Below are positions 39,928 to 49,810 of a stretch of 64,000 nt of DNA, one piece after another. This DNA comes from an uncultured Flavobacteriales bacterium. Its GTDB lineage: Bacteria > Bacteroidota > Bacteroidia > Flavobacteriales_D > Parvicellaceae. The position numbers and the translations under genes are program-made. The notes below the pieces were generated by a model. The model ran no database searches and was not told the DNA's origin. It was given only the letters and a program-made list of their open reading frames with translations. The stretch spans positions 19,070-83,069 of the forward strand of contig CALSNM010000004.1 of the NCBI GenBank assembly GCA_943787725.1, written 5' to 3'. Within the stretch, counting starts at the first letter, position 1. The number at the start of each line of letters is the position of its first letter.

Positions 39928-41052
39928 ATGAAGAAACTAATTATAGGTATTTTAACATTAACCACGAGCACCTTTTCGTTGGGACAATCAGACGAATGCG
40001 GCACTATAATGACTAAAGAAGATAATGCTATCATTCGGCAGCTTATAGCAGGTGTAAAAACCCACAACATCAATAAAGCTTTTGAGGATACAATTGTTCC
40101 AGTAAAATTTCATATCATTGGGTATTCCAATGGGGCTGATGCAATTGATTCAGCAATTGTTTTTAATGAACTAGACTTAGTCAATTCATATTATACTAAT
40201 GCAGGTATTGAATTTCAGCATTGTGGAAATATAGAATACATTAATGATGATGAATATGCTGATTTTGAAAAGTACACAGATGAGGTGCTGTGCCAATCTA
40301 ACGACGTCGACAATGTATTGAACATCTATTTTGTGCCATATTTATATAAAATTTCAAATGGAGATACGACAGGGCTTTGTGGCTATGCATATTCTATTGG
40401 CGTTGAATTTAATAGAATTTTAATGAAAAATTCATGTGCCACAAACGGAAGTACATTGCCTCATGAAATTGGACATTACTTTTCATTAGCTCATACACAT
40501 AGCACTTCCGCTGGTGATGAATTAGTAAACGGAAGTAATTGCATAACAGCTGGGGATCAAATTTGTGATACACCTGCTGACCCTCAACTTTCAACAAGCA
40601 GTGTAACCTCAAGTTGTATTTATGTAGGAACTGACCAAGATGCCAATGGTGATTTTTACAATCCTGAAGTAAGAAACATTATGTCTTATTCCAGAAAATC
40701 GTGTAGAGATTTATTTTCTCCAGAGCAATATGCTAGGATGAATGCTTATTTACTCAACTATAGGAATTATCTAATTTGCCCTTCTTTTGTATCTATTGAT
40801 GAAAACATTGATAAAATTAATTTTTCAACAGTTCCAAACCCAACAATGAACGAATCCTTTATTATAGTAGAAAAAAATCTAATTAATGCCCAATACAGCA
40901 TTTCTGATATTACTGGAAAACTAATTTATTCAAGTAAATTACCAAATCAAAACAAAATTGATATATCAGAACATATTCAGCAAACAGGGCTATATTTTAT
41001 ATCTATATGTTCCTTAGGCAATTGCGTCACTAAAAAACTAATTAAGCAATAA
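39928..41052 (+). CDS. Secreted metzincin zinc protease (M43 pappalysin/cytophagalysin-like) with T9SS type A C-terminal domain
   Basis: Signal peptide MKKLIIGILTLTTSTFSLGQ and zinc motif HEIGHYFSLAHTH. C-terminal sorting domain FSTVPNPTMNESFIIV...GLYFISICSLGNCVTKKLIKQ. The track start at 39898 is also possible. Confidence 0.8.
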   Translation: MKKLIIGILTLTTSTFSLGQSDECGTIMTKEDNAIIRQLIAGVKTHNINKAFEDTIVPVKFHIIGYSNGADAIDSAIVFNELDLVNSYYTNAGIEFQHCGNIEYINDDEYADFEKYTDEVLCQSNDVDNVLNIYFVPYLYKISNGDTTGLCGYAYSIGVEFNRILMKNSCATNGSTLPHEIGHYFSLAHTHSTSAGDELVNGSNCITAGDQICDTPADPQLSTSSVTSSCIYVGTDQDANGDFYNPEVRNIMSYSRKSCRDLFSPEQYARMNAYLLNYRNYLICPSFVSIDENIDKINFSTVPNPTMNESFIIVEKNLINAQYSISDITGKLIYSSKLPNQNKIDISEHIQQTGLYFISICSLGNCVTKKLIKQ

Positions 41053-41057
41053 GTAGG

Positions 41058-42350
41058 ATGACCATCGAAAATATTCATAAAAAATTCACGGAAACAACTG
41101 GTCCTTGCACAGACACTAGAAACATTTTGCTTGAAAGTATGTTTTTTGCGCTAAAAGGAGGTAATTTTAATGGCAATAAATTCGCTTTAAAAGCTATTGA
41201 AGATGGTTGCAAATATGCAATTGTAGATGAAAATAAATACGCAATTGACGAGCGATTTATTCTGGTAAATGATGTTTTAGAAACATTGCAGAATGTAGCC
41301 AATTACCATCGGAAACAATTTACTATTCCCGTAATTGCAATAACAGGTAGTAATGGAAAAACAACAACCAAAGAGTTGATTGGTGCTGTTTTGGAAACAA
41401 CTTATAAAACGCTTTATACAAAAGGTAATTTAAACAACCACATAGGAGTACCATTAACACTGCTAGAACTGAATAAAAGCCATGAAGTTGCGATTATAGA
41501 AATGGGCGCAAATAAACCTGGTGACATTAAAGAATTAGCGGAAATATCTGAACCCAACTATGGCATTATTACAAATATTGGTACAGCGCATATTGAAGGT
41601 TTTGGTTCTCTGGAAGGCGTAATTAGCACAAAGAAAGAATTGTATGACTTTATCCTAAAAGTTGAAGGTAAAATCTTCATTAACCATGAAGATAAATTAT
41701 TAAGGGATTTAGCACCAAAGTCTATTTCGCACATTACTTACGGAGAGCGGGAAAGCAGTTATATCCATGGTGAATTGACAAAACTCACTCCTTTTGTACA
41801 CCTTGAATGGAGATCTAGTAAATATGTTTCTCCAATTATTGAAACAAAATTGGTAGGCAAATACAATTTCACTAATTTTTTAGCTGCAATTGCAGTTGGC
41901 CTTTATTTAGGTGTTGACAATGATGAAATAAATAAAGCTTTGACGGGATACAAACCTTCCAATAATCGCTCGCAGATAACAATAACGAAAAATAACACCA
42001 TAATAGTTGATTGCTATAACGCCAATCCTAGTAGTATGTTTTCTGCTCTGGAAAGTTTTAAAGAAATCGAAAACGGGAATAAAGTGGCCATCCTTGGAGA
42101 TATGCTAGAATTGGGAAATATTTCCAAAATAGAGCATCAAAAAACGGTTGACTATTTAAAAGAACATACATTAAAGGCTTATTTAGTGGGCCCTGAATTT
42201 AAAAAAACACATACAAATAGCACTATTTTTTCTACCACCGAAGAGTTAATTTCTTATCTGAATTCGCATTCTATATCAGATTCGTTGATTTTACTCAAAG
42301 GCTCAAGAGGAATTCAACTCGAAAAAGTTTTGGAGATGAAAAACATCTAG
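41058..42350 (+). CDS. murF: UDP-N-acetylmuramoyl-tripeptide--D-alanyl-D-alanine ligase
   Basis: Motifs ITGSNGKTTTKE, EMGANKPGDI, DCYNANPSSM and LLKGSRG. Confidence 0.9.
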   Translation: MTIENIHKKFTETTGPCTDTRNILLESMFFALKGGNFNGNKFALKAIEDGCKYAIVDENKYAIDERFILVNDVLETLQNVANYHRKQFTIPVIAITGSNGKTTTKELIGAVLETTYKTLYTKGNLNNHIGVPLTLLELNKSHEVAIIEMGANKPGDIKELAEISEPNYGIITNIGTAHIEGFGSLEGVISTKKELYDFILKVEGKIFINHEDKLLRDLAPKSISHITYGERESSYIHGELTKLTPFVHLEWRSSKYVSPIIETKLVGKYNFTNFLAAIAVGLYLGVDNDEINKALTGYKPSNNRSQITITKNNTIIVDCYNANPSSMFSALESFKEIENGNKVAILGDMLELGNISKIEHQKTVDYLKEHTLKAYLVGPEFKKTHTNSTIFSTTEELISYLNSHSISDSLILLKGSRGIQLEKVLEMKNI

Positions 42351-42409
42351 TCCGATAAAAACCCCTCTTCATTTTTCTAAACATCATTCAAATATTCTAA
42401 ATTTGTGCT

Positions 42410-42556
42410 ATGTCACCAGGAGAAATCATCGCATTAATTTTTATTATTATCGTCTTTTCAGCGATGATATTTGTAGGCATACGTTTATTTAGATGGAACA
42501 AAAGAGATATGGATGCAAAAAAAGCTAAAAACGAGAAAAATAAAATCAACCGCTAA
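42410..42556 (+). CDS. Small membrane protein (48 aa), hypothetical
   Basis: ORF below the track cutoff: MSPGEIIALIFIIIVFSAMIFVGIRLFRWNKRDMDAKKAKNEKNKINR. One TM segment with a basic tail. Confidence 0.35.
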   Translation: MSPGEIIALIFIIIVFSAMIFVGIRLFRWNKRDMDAKKAKNEKNKINR

Positions 42557-42567
42557 TACTTAAGATA

Positions 42568-42882
42568 ATGTTTGGAAATTTAAACATGAAAGATATGATG
42601 GCAAAAATGCAAGAAATGCAAGGTGCTGTGGAAGAATCTAAAAAAAAATTAGAAAACATTTATGTCAAAGGAGAGTCTCATGATGGAAAAATACGATTTG
42701 TATTAGACGGAAACAGAAAAGTAAAAGATGTTAGTATCGATGAGAGTTTATTAGCAAAAGAAAACAAAGAAGATATTGAGGATATGCTAGTTGTTGCATT
42801 CAACAAGGCAATTGAAGATGCGGATCATGTTAATGAAAATGAAATGAAAAGTACTGCTTCTGGATTATTACCGGGAATGTGA
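42568..42882 (+). CDS. ybaB: Nucleoid-associated protein YbaB/EbfC family
   Basis: 104 aa. The pattern MQEMQGAVEESKKKLENIYVKGESHDGKIRFVLDGNRKVKDVSID...LVVAFNKAIEDA is typical of the family. Confidence 0.85.
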   Translation: MFGNLNMKDMMAKMQEMQGAVEESKKKLENIYVKGESHDGKIRFVLDGNRKVKDVSIDESLLAKENKEDIEDMLVVAFNKAIEDADHVNENEMKSTASGLLPGM

Positions 42883-42897
42883 ACCTAAATTTATTGC

Positions 42898-43752
42898 TTA
42901 ATTATCCATATGGTACTTTACCAACCCACTTATAGGTGATTTAATTACTTTTCCCAACTTTACGTTGTTCTTCTCCGCCACTTGGTGCAGTATATGCATA
43001 AAATGATATCCAATAGAACCCACTACGTTTAGAGGCAATTCAGTATGGTTTTCATACTTACAAATGTGTTTTTTGAAAAAAGCATCCAATGCTTTCCTCA
43101 CAATTTCTTGTAAATATTTTTCATCTTCAACTTCTTCTCCAACCCATTTTGCAAAAGAAGCAAAATAGCGATTTGGAAGCGCTTCTTTATAAACCCGATC
43201 TAAAATAACTTCTATAGATGGTTGAAATTTCAATTCAAACTTCTTGAGCAAAGCATCATCCATTTCTTTGTTTAGGTACCCTTTTAAAACTTCTTTTCCA
43301 ATATAAGCTCCGCTGCCTTCGTCACCTAAAACATATCCTAATGCAGGTATATTTACGACTACTTTTTCACCATCAAAATAACAAGAGTTACTTCCTGTCC
43401 CTAGAATTGCTGCAATACCAGCTTGAGTTCCGCATACACCTATTGCTGCGCCCAACAAATCATGCTCTACAACAATCTTTGCATTTGTAAATACTGATTT
43501 TAGTGCCCTTTCAATAATTTCTTTTTTATCGTGCGATGAACATCCTGACCCATAGAAATAAACAGCATCAATTTCCTTTGGGTTTTTGGTAATAAACTGC
43601 AATAAAAGCACTTCATTAATTGTTTGCTGTACTTCTTCGGTTGTTTTAAAATATGGATTTAACCCTTCCGTATAAGCTTCTTGAACATTTTCATTATCAA
43701 TAATTAAACGCCAATCGGTTTTGGTTGAACCACTGTCTGCAATTAAAATCAT
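42898..43752 (-). CDS. BadF/BadG/BcrA/BcrD-type ATPase (N-acetylglucosamine kinase-like)
   Basis: Motifs MILIADSGSTKTDW, ILGTGSNS and GYVLGDEGSGAYIG. Confidence 0.75.
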   Translation of the reverse strand: MILIADSGSTKTDWRLIIDNENVQEAYTEGLNPYFKTTEEVQQTINEVLLLQFITKNPKEIDAVYFYGSGCSSHDKKEIIERALKSVFTNAKIVVEHDLLGAAIGVCGTQAGIAAILGTGSNSCYFDGEKVVVNIPALGYVLGDEGSGAYIGKEVLKGYLNKEMDDALLKKFELKFQPSIEVILDRVYKEALPNRYFASFAKWVGEEVEDEKYLQEIVRKALDAFFKKHICKYENHTELPLNVVGSIGYHFMHILHQVAEKNNVKLGKVIKSPISGLVKYHMDN

Positions 43753-43836
43753 AAGGCTAATATAGATTAAAGATTTATTTAATTCAAACTAAGGATGAGC
43801 AATCAGAACTAATTGATGATTTAAGCTTAATCAAAG

Positions 43837-44817
43837 TTAATTACATATAACTGTATCTAGTCTAACTCCATAACCTGCCCAAAGTCCAATTCCTCCAACA
43901 ATAGAACTTGGCAAATTACCCGGAGAAGCAAAAGGACTTCCATTGGTAGCCGCTTGATCCTCCAATGCGCGAAGATGAAGATAAGTTAAATAGTCTATTG
44001 TGGTAAATTTAATTACCACAGTATCGCCTGTCTTGAAATAACCTTCTTCTGGGCCTTCATCATCCGGCCCTTCTAAGTTTCCAACTTCACCTCTATTGTA
44101 TTCTATTTCTAAAGATAAGCCGTTCAGAAATTTATCATCAAAAACAGAACCAAAGGGCGCTATTGGAAATGCATCTTTCTGGACACCGATTACATTATCA
44201 TAAGGTGCAGAGTAATTATATTTATAGGTATTAATTCTTTGCGCAAACCATCTGTAAGCATTTCCTTCTTCTGGCGGATCGACCAATGTTCCAAATAAGA
44301 AACCTAATGAATCAAGCGACTCGAATGCTTCAAATCGCGTATTAACCAATGGAACGCCCACTGGAAGAATTGTAGAAGCTGTTAATGTATCTGTATCCGT
44401 TTCAATATATAAACTATAAGTTCTTCCTTCTATTCCTATAGCTAAAGGATCTAATGATGTGTAAATACAATAATTGAAAAATTGTAAACTTTGTTCTGGT
44501 ATCCCTGTTACCTGACTGACTAAAGGCAACAATGAATCTGGTATGTCAGCTGAACACAGTTCATTCAATGTAATTTCATTTACTCCATCATTCATGGTCA
44601 CATTGGCATTATGAATGCTAGTTCCAAAAATAGATTCAGTAGAAGTTGGCTCAAAATAACCTTGTGTTTTTGATAAAAAAACAATCGGATAAATGCTACT
44701 CTCGATTTTCCCAACGAGCACTACATCTTGTTCTACTTCAGGCAAATCAAATTCAATTGCCTTCGAACATGAGCCAAAAACAATTCCAATAAATACAATA
44801 AACAAAAATAATCTCAT
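43837..44817 (-). CDS. DUF4249-like lipoprotein partner of the upstream TonB-dependent receptor
   Basis: Lipoprotein-type signal (FGSC). It lies 2 nt downstream of a CarboxypepD_reg-type TonB receptor. This pairing is typical of DUF4249, stated from memory. Confidence 0.5.
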   Translation of the reverse strand: MRLFLFIVFIGIVFGSCSKAIEFDLPEVEQDVVLVGKIESSIYPIVFLSKTQGYFEPTSTESIFGTSIHNANVTMNDGVNEITLNELCSADIPDSLLPLVSQVTGIPEQSLQFFNYCIYTSLDPLAIGIEGRTYSLYIETDTDTLTASTILPVGVPLVNTRFEAFESLDSLGFLFGTLVDPPEEGNAYRWFAQRINTYKYNYSAPYDNVIGVQKDAFPIAPFGSVFDDKFLNGLSLEIEYNRGEVGNLEGPDDEGPEEGYFKTGDTVVIKFTTIDYLTYLHLRALEDQAATNGSPFASPGNLPSSIVGGIGLWAGYGVRLDTVICN

Positions 44818-44819
44818 AT

Positions 44820-47249
44820 CTAAAATTTAAAATTCCATGTAATAGATGGTAAAATTGGAAACAACGAGACTTGGTTTGCTCCCACATCTAAATTACCATT
44901 ATTCACGTCTCCGCTGTAATCAAAGAATAAAAAGTAAGGGTTCTTTCGGTTGTATAAATTAAATACCGAAAAGTTCCACGTAGACACGACTTTCTTTTTC
45001 TTTTTTTCAGCTTCTCCAGTTTCTATGTTTTTTATTGTTTTAAATTCCTTTCCACTAAACGTAATTGAAATATCTGCTCTGTGGTAAGAAGGCAATCGAT
45101 ATGCATTTCTGTCACTCCATACCGTTATCAAACGGTTTTCTATTGGATCATAGTATCTTTTTTCTGGCAAAGTAATGGCACTTCCCGTGGCATAAACAAA
45201 TGCAAAACCAACATTCCATCTATCCGTAATATCATACTGCAAAATTACAGATAAGTCGTTTCTTCTATCATATTTAGCAGGAAACTCTCTACCTTCATTT
45301 ATTTCTTCAAAAGTTCTCATTGTTTTAGACCAAGTATAACCAATCCAACCGTTAAAGGCTCCTAAGCTCTTTTTTAAGAAAAATTCAGCGCCATATGAAT
45401 ACCCTTTTCCAAAAGTTAATTGATTATCTACATTATCATTTATATTATCATCCGGTTGAGAGTTCTCTTTATACTCAACCAAATTTTGTAAATCTTTATA
45501 ATAAACTTCAATAGAGGCTTCATATTTATTCTTTTTAAAGTTCCTAAAATACCCTGCACTGTATTGAATTCCAATTTGTGGCTTTACCAATTCAGAGCTG
45601 GGAAACCATAAATCTGTAGGCAAAGAGACTCCAGACATTGAAGCCAAGTGGATGTATTGATTATTCTTTGAGATGCCAATTTTTACAGAGGAATTATCTT
45701 TAAATAGATAGCGCATAGAAATTCGCGGTTCCAGACCTGTGTAACTAGCAATATGCTCTCCCGAATCCCACTCTTTAGTTGAATCTGTTATTCCTGTTGA
45801 AGGATTTTTAAAATATCTCGTAAATGGACCTATATGGCTAAACGATGAAAAACGCAAGCCTAGGTTTATCTTCAAGTTTTCATTAATTTCAATTTCATCT
45901 AATACATAAACAGCAGGTTCATAAGCAATAATTTTTGTAGTGTCAAAATTAAATAATGTTTCACCTGATGACCCTGAAACTGTGCTTGGAGTGAATTTAT
46001 GTCTAATTGCACTCCATCCAAATTTAACTTGGTGACGAGAATTAGCAAAATAGGTGAAATCTTGCTTTAATGAAAAGTCCTGTATTCCTGACGAAAGCCT
46101 GAAAGTGAAATCACTTTGGGTTGCTTCAAAAGCAAAGTCATAATCGGTAAAAACAGCTGTGGTGTTAACGAACAACTTATCATTAAAAAGGTGATTCCAA
46201 CGAATTGAAGCAGTAGAATTTCCCCAAGGAACTCTGAAGTTTAAATCAAAATTATCATCATTAAAATCAAATACATCTCTTCCAAAATACCCCGAAATAA
46301 ACAATTGGTTTTTATCATTAAATCGGTAATTAGCTTTTGCTGTCAAATCATAAAAATAATAGCCAGAACCTTTAAAAGAGGCCGTATCATTTATAAATGG
46401 GTCTGTTAAGACATCTATATATGTTCTTCTCCCCGAAACAATAAAGGATGATGTATCTTTCTTTAAAGGTCCTTCAATCGTTAATCTAGATGCAATTAAC
46501 CCAATACCACCAGAAGCATGATACTCTTTATAATTCCCATCCTTCATATTAATGTCTAATACAGATGAAATTCTACCACCATAATTAGCAGGCATTCCAC
46601 CTTTTATCATCTTTACGTTCTTAATTGCATCTGCATTAAAAACCGAAAAAAAACCAAACAAATGAGATGCATTGTAAACAGTTGCTTCATCTAATAATAT
46701 AAGGTTCTGATCAGGGCCACCTCCACGAACATAGAACCCCGTATTCCCTTCTCCTCCCGAAGAAACTCCGGGTAAAAATTGAACCGTTTTAAGAATATCA
46801 ACTTCACCCATAAACGCTGGCAAAGTTTTTACACGGTCCATGTTTAAATTTATTTCACCCATTTGGGTGCCAGTAGTATTATTGTCTACAGCTTCGGCTT
46901 CCACCACCACCTCATCCATTATATCGGATGAAACAGTCATTTCAATATTCAATTTGACATCTGCATCTAATCCAACAGTTTGGCTTACATCATCATATCC
47001 AACATATCTTGCAATTACATTGTAAATGCCACTTTCCACCGTTAAAGAGTAGTACCCATAAATATTTGTCACTACTCCTTTCTCCAATTCCTCAATATAG
47101 ATACTAGAACCTATTAGCACCTCTCCAGTTCCTGCATCTTTAATATATCCGCTTATTGTGTGTTTTTCTTGGGCCCTATTATCAATCGAAATTGACAATA
47201 AGGAAGAAATAATAACTACTATTTTAATAATGTAATTCATTCGCCTCAA
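44820..47249 (-). CDS. TonB-dependent receptor with N-terminal carboxypeptidase-regulatory-like domain
   Basis: 809 aa. N-terminal ISGYIKDAGTGEVLIGSSIY, plug region (VQFLPGVSSGGEG..GFYVRGG..DQNLILLDEA) and a C-terminal beta-barrel ending WNFKF. Confidence 0.85.
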   Translation of the reverse strand: MRRMNYIIKIVVIISSLLSISIDNRAQEKHTISGYIKDAGTGEVLIGSSIYIEELEKGVVTNIYGYYSLTVESGIYNVIARYVGYDDVSQTVGLDADVKLNIEMTVSSDIMDEVVVEAEAVDNNTTGTQMGEINLNMDRVKTLPAFMGEVDILKTVQFLPGVSSGGEGNTGFYVRGGGPDQNLILLDEATVYNASHLFGFFSVFNADAIKNVKMIKGGMPANYGGRISSVLDINMKDGNYKEYHASGGIGLIASRLTIEGPLKKDTSSFIVSGRRTYIDVLTDPFINDTASFKGSGYYFYDLTAKANYRFNDKNQLFISGYFGRDVFDFNDDNFDLNFRVPWGNSTASIRWNHLFNDKLFVNTTAVFTDYDFAFEATQSDFTFRLSSGIQDFSLKQDFTYFANSRHQVKFGWSAIRHKFTPSTVSGSSGETLFNFDTTKIIAYEPAVYVLDEIEINENLKINLGLRFSSFSHIGPFTRYFKNPSTGITDSTKEWDSGEHIASYTGLEPRISMRYLFKDNSSVKIGISKNNQYIHLASMSGVSLPTDLWFPSSELVKPQIGIQYSAGYFRNFKKNKYEASIEVYYKDLQNLVEYKENSQPDDNINDNVDNQLTFGKGYSYGAEFFLKKSLGAFNGWIGYTWSKTMRTFEEINEGREFPAKYDRRNDLSVILQYDITDRWNVGFAFVYATGSAITLPEKRYYDPIENRLITVWSDRNAYRLPSYHRADISITFSGKEFKTIKNIETGEAEKKKKKVVSTWNFSVFNLYNRKNPYFLFFDYSGDVNNGNLDVGANQVSLFPILPSITWNFKF

Positions 47250-48255
47250 TTGCCTTTTTTATGTTTTCTGCAACTATCTTTTTTCCCTGATAATTGTAAT
47301 GTTCAGTTGGCCAACTTCTGTCTACAAAACAAGAGTCAGGTATTTGATAAAAATTGTCCACCATAACAACTCCTTTTTCGGTGAAATAGTTTACCAGAAA
47401 AGAACGATTTTTTTCCATTAGATAGATTAATTCTTTACCTACAAGCTTTTCAGCCTCAATTGTATTTTCTCCTAAAAAATTAAAAACCAATTTATAACCC
47501 CTCTTGTTTGAAATGGAAACAATTGCATTTAAATCTTCAATTCTTTCATTATGAATAGTATCAATATTAAATGCAAAATTCTTAATATAATGACTGGCTA
47601 AAGGAAGGTTTTCTTCTGTTAAGTTAGGGTTAACATCTAACCAGGTATGCCATGCCATAGCTGAGTCCCATTCAATAACATTGGTATATTCAAAATTTGG
47701 TATTTTGAACTTTTCATTCCTCCAAGCTAATTTCATTTGCGCATTTCTGTCCTCGTCAGATTGGTAATCATATTGTTTTAAAGAAATCATATACTTATTT
47801 AAAATTGGTAACGAAGGCTCAAGCATTAACGCAGATTTAGATAAGTAATTTTCGAAAGGTGCATAACGCCAATTAGCTGCAAATGACCTATAATTTAGGG
47901 TTATCACAACAAACTTCAAATTCATTTCCTTTGGAATATTTTTCATCAAAGACAAATAAGTACCTGCATGAAGCCCAGCGTTATCTACAGTCGCGATTGA
48001 AATATTAGGCAGTAAACTATCTAAAGCATAACTAATTCTGTGCTTAATAGAGTCACCTTCCTGAACATGAAAATTAGATGATTCTCCAAAATAAATTGCA
48101 TCGGAATGCATATCAACTCCCCACAAATTTTCTAATATATCTCCATGCTGTTTTACATCTTCTTTCCAAAAAGTATATAAATAAAGTAGATTCATCGCAA
48201 ACAAGAATACTACTGCTAAAATAATTCGAGTCGTTATGTATTTTACAATTTTCAT
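47224..48255 (-). CDS. Membrane-anchored hypothetical protein, possible SGNH/DltD-like acyl-transfer partner of the MBOAT
   Basis: N-terminal TM segment. By eye, SGNH-like blocks YFGESSN, DNAGLHAG, ITLNYRS and WPTEHYN. The start overlaps the MBOAT stop (TAATG). Confidence 0.35.
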   Translation of the reverse strand: MKIVKYITTRIILAVVFLFAMNLLYLYTFWKEDVKQHGDILENLWGVDMHSDAIYFGESSNFHVQEGDSIKHRISYALDSLLPNISIATVDNAGLHAGTYLSLMKNIPKEMNLKFVVITLNYRSFAANWRYAPFENYLSKSALMLEPSLPILNKYMISLKQYDYQSDEDRNAQMKLAWRNEKFKIPNFEYTNVIEWDSAMAWHTWLDVNPNLTEENLPLASHYIKNFAFNIDTIHNERIEDLNAIVSISNKRGYKLVFNFLGENTIEAEKLVGKELIYLMEKNRSFLVNYFTEKGVVMVDNFYQIPDSCFVDRSWPTEHYNYQGKKIVAENIKKAIEANELHY

Positions 48256-49652
48256 TAGAATTGGAAATATATAAACGGATTTATATCAGTTGCGGAACGA
48301 GAAAGTAATAAGAAAATTAAAACAAAGTAAATAGCACCTCTGCCCACAAAAGGGATATTATCTAAGGATAAAGAAAAGTTCTTTTTGCGGGTAAGAATAT
48401 CTGAAACTACAAACAATCCCAATAATATAAACGGTTCAACAGGCAGATCTATTCCTTCAATGTCCCAATTTGAAGCTATTGATTTAAAATACAAAGTAGC
48501 TGTATCCATATCTGGACTTCTGAAGAATACCCACAATGCCGTAACTAACGTAAATGTTACCCCCCATTTTATTGCTTTCAAGAAAACATTTGTTGATGGC
48601 TTGTCCCATCGAACAATCTTTTCAAATAAAACAAATAATGCATGGAAAAATCCCCAGAATATAAATGTCCATTTTGCACCATGCCATATTCCACTAACTA
48701 CAAAGACAGTCAATATTGCTAGGACCCATTTTAGTAAAGTTCCTCTATTACCTCCTAACGGATAATAAATATAATCTCTAAACCAAGTGGTTAAAGTAAT
48801 GTGCCAATTTCGCCAAAACTCAGTGATAGAATTAGACAAGTAAGGTGTTCTAAAATTTTCAGAGAGGTTGACATTAAATAATTTTGCGGAACCTATTGCA
48901 ATCGTTGTATACCCATGAAAATCACAGTAAATCTGAAAAGAGTAAAAGACAGATCCGATTAGTAAATTTAAACTACTAGCTCCAGCAATATCTCCATAAA
49001 CTGAATCTACAAATACACCTAGATTATCAGCAATTACCATTTTCATAAATAAGCCATACAATATTAACCTACCCCCATGAGAAATATTTTGAATTACAAG
49101 TTGTGCTTTCTCTTTAAATTGTGGCAGCAAATTATTATATCTTTCAATCGGCCCAGCTACTAATTGGGGGAAGAAACAAACATACAATGCGAAATAAGGT
49201 AAGTTCTTTTCTGCTTTTATTTTGCCATTGTAGACATCAATTGTGTAGCTCATGGTTTGAAAAGTGTAAAAAGATATTCCTACTGGCAAAATAATATCCC
49301 AAGCTTCAATAGGCTGATATGAACCTTTGACTGCTAGCATTACTTCATTTACATTCTCCAATGCAAAATTGAAATACTTGAAAAAGAATAAAAACCCAAG
49401 GTTTGCACAAATACTAATTCCAAGTAATAAACGCCTCGTCGAATTTGAACTCGTTTTTTCTAACAATAATCCAGCTCCATAATCAATCAAGGTTGAAAGG
49501 ATTATCAGAAGGATAAATACAGGGTTCCAACTTATGTAAAAATAATAACTAGCTGCAAGAAGAATAAACACCCTAAATTTGTGTCTAAACCAATAGAACA
49601 GAACAAATACCAAGGGCAGAAATAATATATATTCTAATGAATTAAAAATCAT
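48255..49652 (-). CDS. MBOAT-family membrane O-acyltransferase (AlgI/DltB-like)
   Basis: 465-aa polytopic protein. FWRNWHITLTTWFRDYIYYPLGGNR contains the conserved MBOAT His. Confidence 0.85.
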   Translation of the reverse strand: MIFNSLEYILFLPLVFVLFYWFRHKFRVFILLAASYYFYISWNPVFILLIILSTLIDYGAGLLLEKTSSNSTRRLLLGISICANLGFLFFFKYFNFALENVNEVMLAVKGSYQPIEAWDIILPVGISFYTFQTMSYTIDVYNGKIKAEKNLPYFALYVCFFPQLVAGPIERYNNLLPQFKEKAQLVIQNISHGGRLILYGLFMKMVIADNLGVFVDSVYGDIAGASSLNLLIGSVFYSFQIYCDFHGYTTIAIGSAKLFNVNLSENFRTPYLSNSITEFWRNWHITLTTWFRDYIYYPLGGNRGTLLKWVLAILTVFVVSGIWHGAKWTFIFWGFFHALFVLFEKIVRWDKPSTNVFLKAIKWGVTFTLVTALWVFFRSPDMDTATLYFKSIASNWDIEGIDLPVEPFILLGLFVVSDILTRKKNFSLSLDNIPFVGRGAIYFVLIFLLLSRSATDINPFIYFQF

Positions 49653-49810
49653 TTAATGCTACTGCAAAAGGGTTTTGGTTGGCAAATGTAAGCATTAATC
49701 AAAAAACTATATGAAACAACAATTTTTCAGATTCACGTGAATTTCCTTTTCTTCATTTGGGGATACAAACATTAAGCTTTATCATTGTAAGCAATTAAAT
49801 TTTACAGAAA

